From positions 52,142,001 to 52,206,000 of the forward strand of contig CM059440.1 in NCBI GenBank assembly GCA_030390025.1: 64,000 nucleotides of DNA, written 5' to 3'. The translations under genes were made by a program, and so were the position numbers. The stretch comes from Squalus acanthias. Taxonomy: Eukaryota. Positions 61,960 through 64,000 of the stretch are shown in pieces (positions within the stretch are counted from its first letter, which is position 1; each line of letters starts with the position of its first letter). The notes beneath the pieces are model-generated. The model saw nothing but the letters and a program-made list of their open reading frames with translations. It was not told the DNA's origin and ran no database searches.

Positions 61960-64000
61960 GGGCTATCAGTGGAAGGGCAATGGCAGACATTTAGAGATCG
62001 CATGGATGAACTACAACAATTGTACATCCCGGTCTGGCGTAAAAATAAAAAAGGGAAGGTGGCTCAACCATGGCTAACAAGGGAAATCAGGGATAGTATT
62101 AAAACCAAGGAAGTTGCATACAAATTGGCCAGAAGTAGCAGCAAACCCGGGGACTGGGAGAACTTCAAAACTCAGCAGAGGAGGACGAAGGGTTTGATTA
62201 GGGCAGGGAAAATAAAATATGAAAGGAAGCTTGCAGAGAACATTAAAATGGACTGCAAAAGCTTCTATAAATATGTAAAAAGAAAGAGGTTAGTAAAAAC
62301 AAACGTAGGTCCCCTGCAGTCGGAAACAGGGGAAGTCGTAATGGGGAACAAGGAAATGGCAGATCAATTGAACAAGTACTTTGGTTCGGTGTTTACTGTG
62401 GAGGACACACACAACCTGTCGGAAATAAAAGGGGTCAGAGGATCTGGTAAGAGGGAGGAGCTGAGGGAAATCCTTATTAGTCGGGAAAAGGTATTGGGGA
62501 AATTGATGGGACTGAAGGCTGAAAAATCCCCGGGGCCTGATGGTCTGCATCCCAGAGTACTTAAGGAGGTGGCCTTGGAAATAGTGGATGCATTGACGAT
62601 CATTTTCCAACATTCCTTAGACTCTGGATCAGTTCCGATGGAGTGGAGGGTGGCCAATGTAACCCCTCTTTTTAAAAAAGGAGGGAGGGAGAAAGCAGGG
62701 AATTATAGACCGGTCAGCCTGACATCGGTCGTGGGTAAAATGATGGAAGCAATTATTAAAGATGTCATAACAGACCATTTGGAAAGTGGCGACATGATAG
62801 GTCCAAGTCAGCATGGATTTGTGAAAGGGAAATCATGCTTGACAAATCTTCTGGAATTTTTTGAGGATGTTTCCAATAGGGTGGACAGGGGGGAACCAGT
62901 AGATGTGGTGTATTTGGACTTTCAGAAGGCCTTCGACAAGGTCCCACACAAGAGATTGGTGAGCAAAGTTAAAGCACATGGGATTGGGGGTAATGTGTTG
63001 ACGTGGATTGAGAACTGGTTGGCACACAGGAAACAAAGAGTAGGAGTAAATGGGTACTTTTCAGAATGGCAGGCAGTGACCAGCGGGGTACCGCAGGGTT
63101 CGGTGCTGGGACCCCAGCTGTTTACATTATATATTAATGATTTGGACGAAGGGATTAAATGTAATATCTCCAAATTTGCGGATGACACTAAATTGGGAGG
63201 CAGTGTGAACAATGAGGAGGATGCTAGGAGGCTACAGAGTGACTTGGACAGGTTGGGTGAATGGGCAAATGTATGGCAGATGAAGTACAATGTGGATAAA
63301 TGTGAGGTTATCCACTTTGGTGGTAAAAATAGAGAGGCGGACTATTACCTGAATGGTGGCAGATTAGGGAAAGGGGACGTGCAACGAGACCTGGGCGTCA
63401 TGGTACATCAGTCACTGAAGGTGGGAATGCAAGTGCAGCAGGCAGTCAAGAAAGCAAACGGAATGATGGCCTTCATAGCAAGAGGATTTGAGTACAGGAG
63501 TAGGGAGGTGATGCTACAGTTGTACAGGGCCTTGGTGAGGCCACACCTGGAGTATTGTGCGCAGTTTTGGTCCCCTAACTTAAGGACATTCTTGCTATTG
63601 AGGGAGTGCAGCGAAGGTTCACTAGATTGATTCCTGGGATGGCCGGACTGACATATCAAGAAAGATTGGGTCAACTGAACTTGTATCCTCTGGAGTTCAG
63701 AAGAATGAGGGGGGATCTTATAGAGACATTTAAAATCCTGACTGGTTTAGACAAATTAGATGCGGGCAGAATGTTCCCAATGGTAGGGAAAACTAGAACC
63801 AGGGGTCACAGTCTAAGGATTAAGGGGAAGCCATTTAGGACTGAGCTGAGGAGGAACTTCTTCACCCAGAGAGTGGTGAATCTATGGAATTCTCTTCCAC
63901 AGAAGGTTGTTGAGGCCAGTTCGCTAAATATATTCAAAAGGGAGTTAGATATAACACTCACAACTAAGGGGATCAAGGGGTATGGCGAGAAAGCAGGAAT
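61960..64000 (+). mobile_element. 5'-truncated CR1 ORF2 (553-aa open stretch, frameshift near 63585), runs off the window
   Basis: Full RT motif set including KFADDTK. Confidence 0.95.

Overview
Eukaryotic, repeat-dominated genomic DNA, most likely from a cartilaginous fish (inferred from dense CR1 LINEs, SacSINE1/Deu-type tRNA-SINEs and Penelope remnants). Nearly all long ORFs in the track are LINE ORF1/ORF2 pieces or their antisense shadows. Between the repeats, on the minus strand, lies a tandem cluster of spliced B7-family (CD276/B7-H3-like) immunoglobulin-superfamily genes, which I assembled by hand from splice sites. Gene A (leader 22674-22728, IgV 20080-20430, IgC 19210-19494, TM/tail 17529-17686) has one in-frame TAA in the IgC exon and a Glu inside its TM helix. 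Gene B (leader 49276-49339, IgV 47866-48204, IgC 46549-46830, hydrophobic exon 44555-44680, probable last exon 44320-44366) is apparently intact. Gene C is a wrecked duplicate of A (leader 59809-59863, IgV remnant 50182-50306). Most unusually, in both A and B the two canonical IgC cysteines are replaced by Phe. Other notable items: a solo LTR with a 5-bp TSD, a >2.2-kb LTR-like segment, Harbinger-like MITEs with 3-bp TSDs, a Penelope-associated minimal hammerhead ribozyme, an in-frame CR1-in-CR1 fusion, and a triplicated retrotransposition junction. Repeat boundaries are approximate, and family names come from motif recognition, not database searches.
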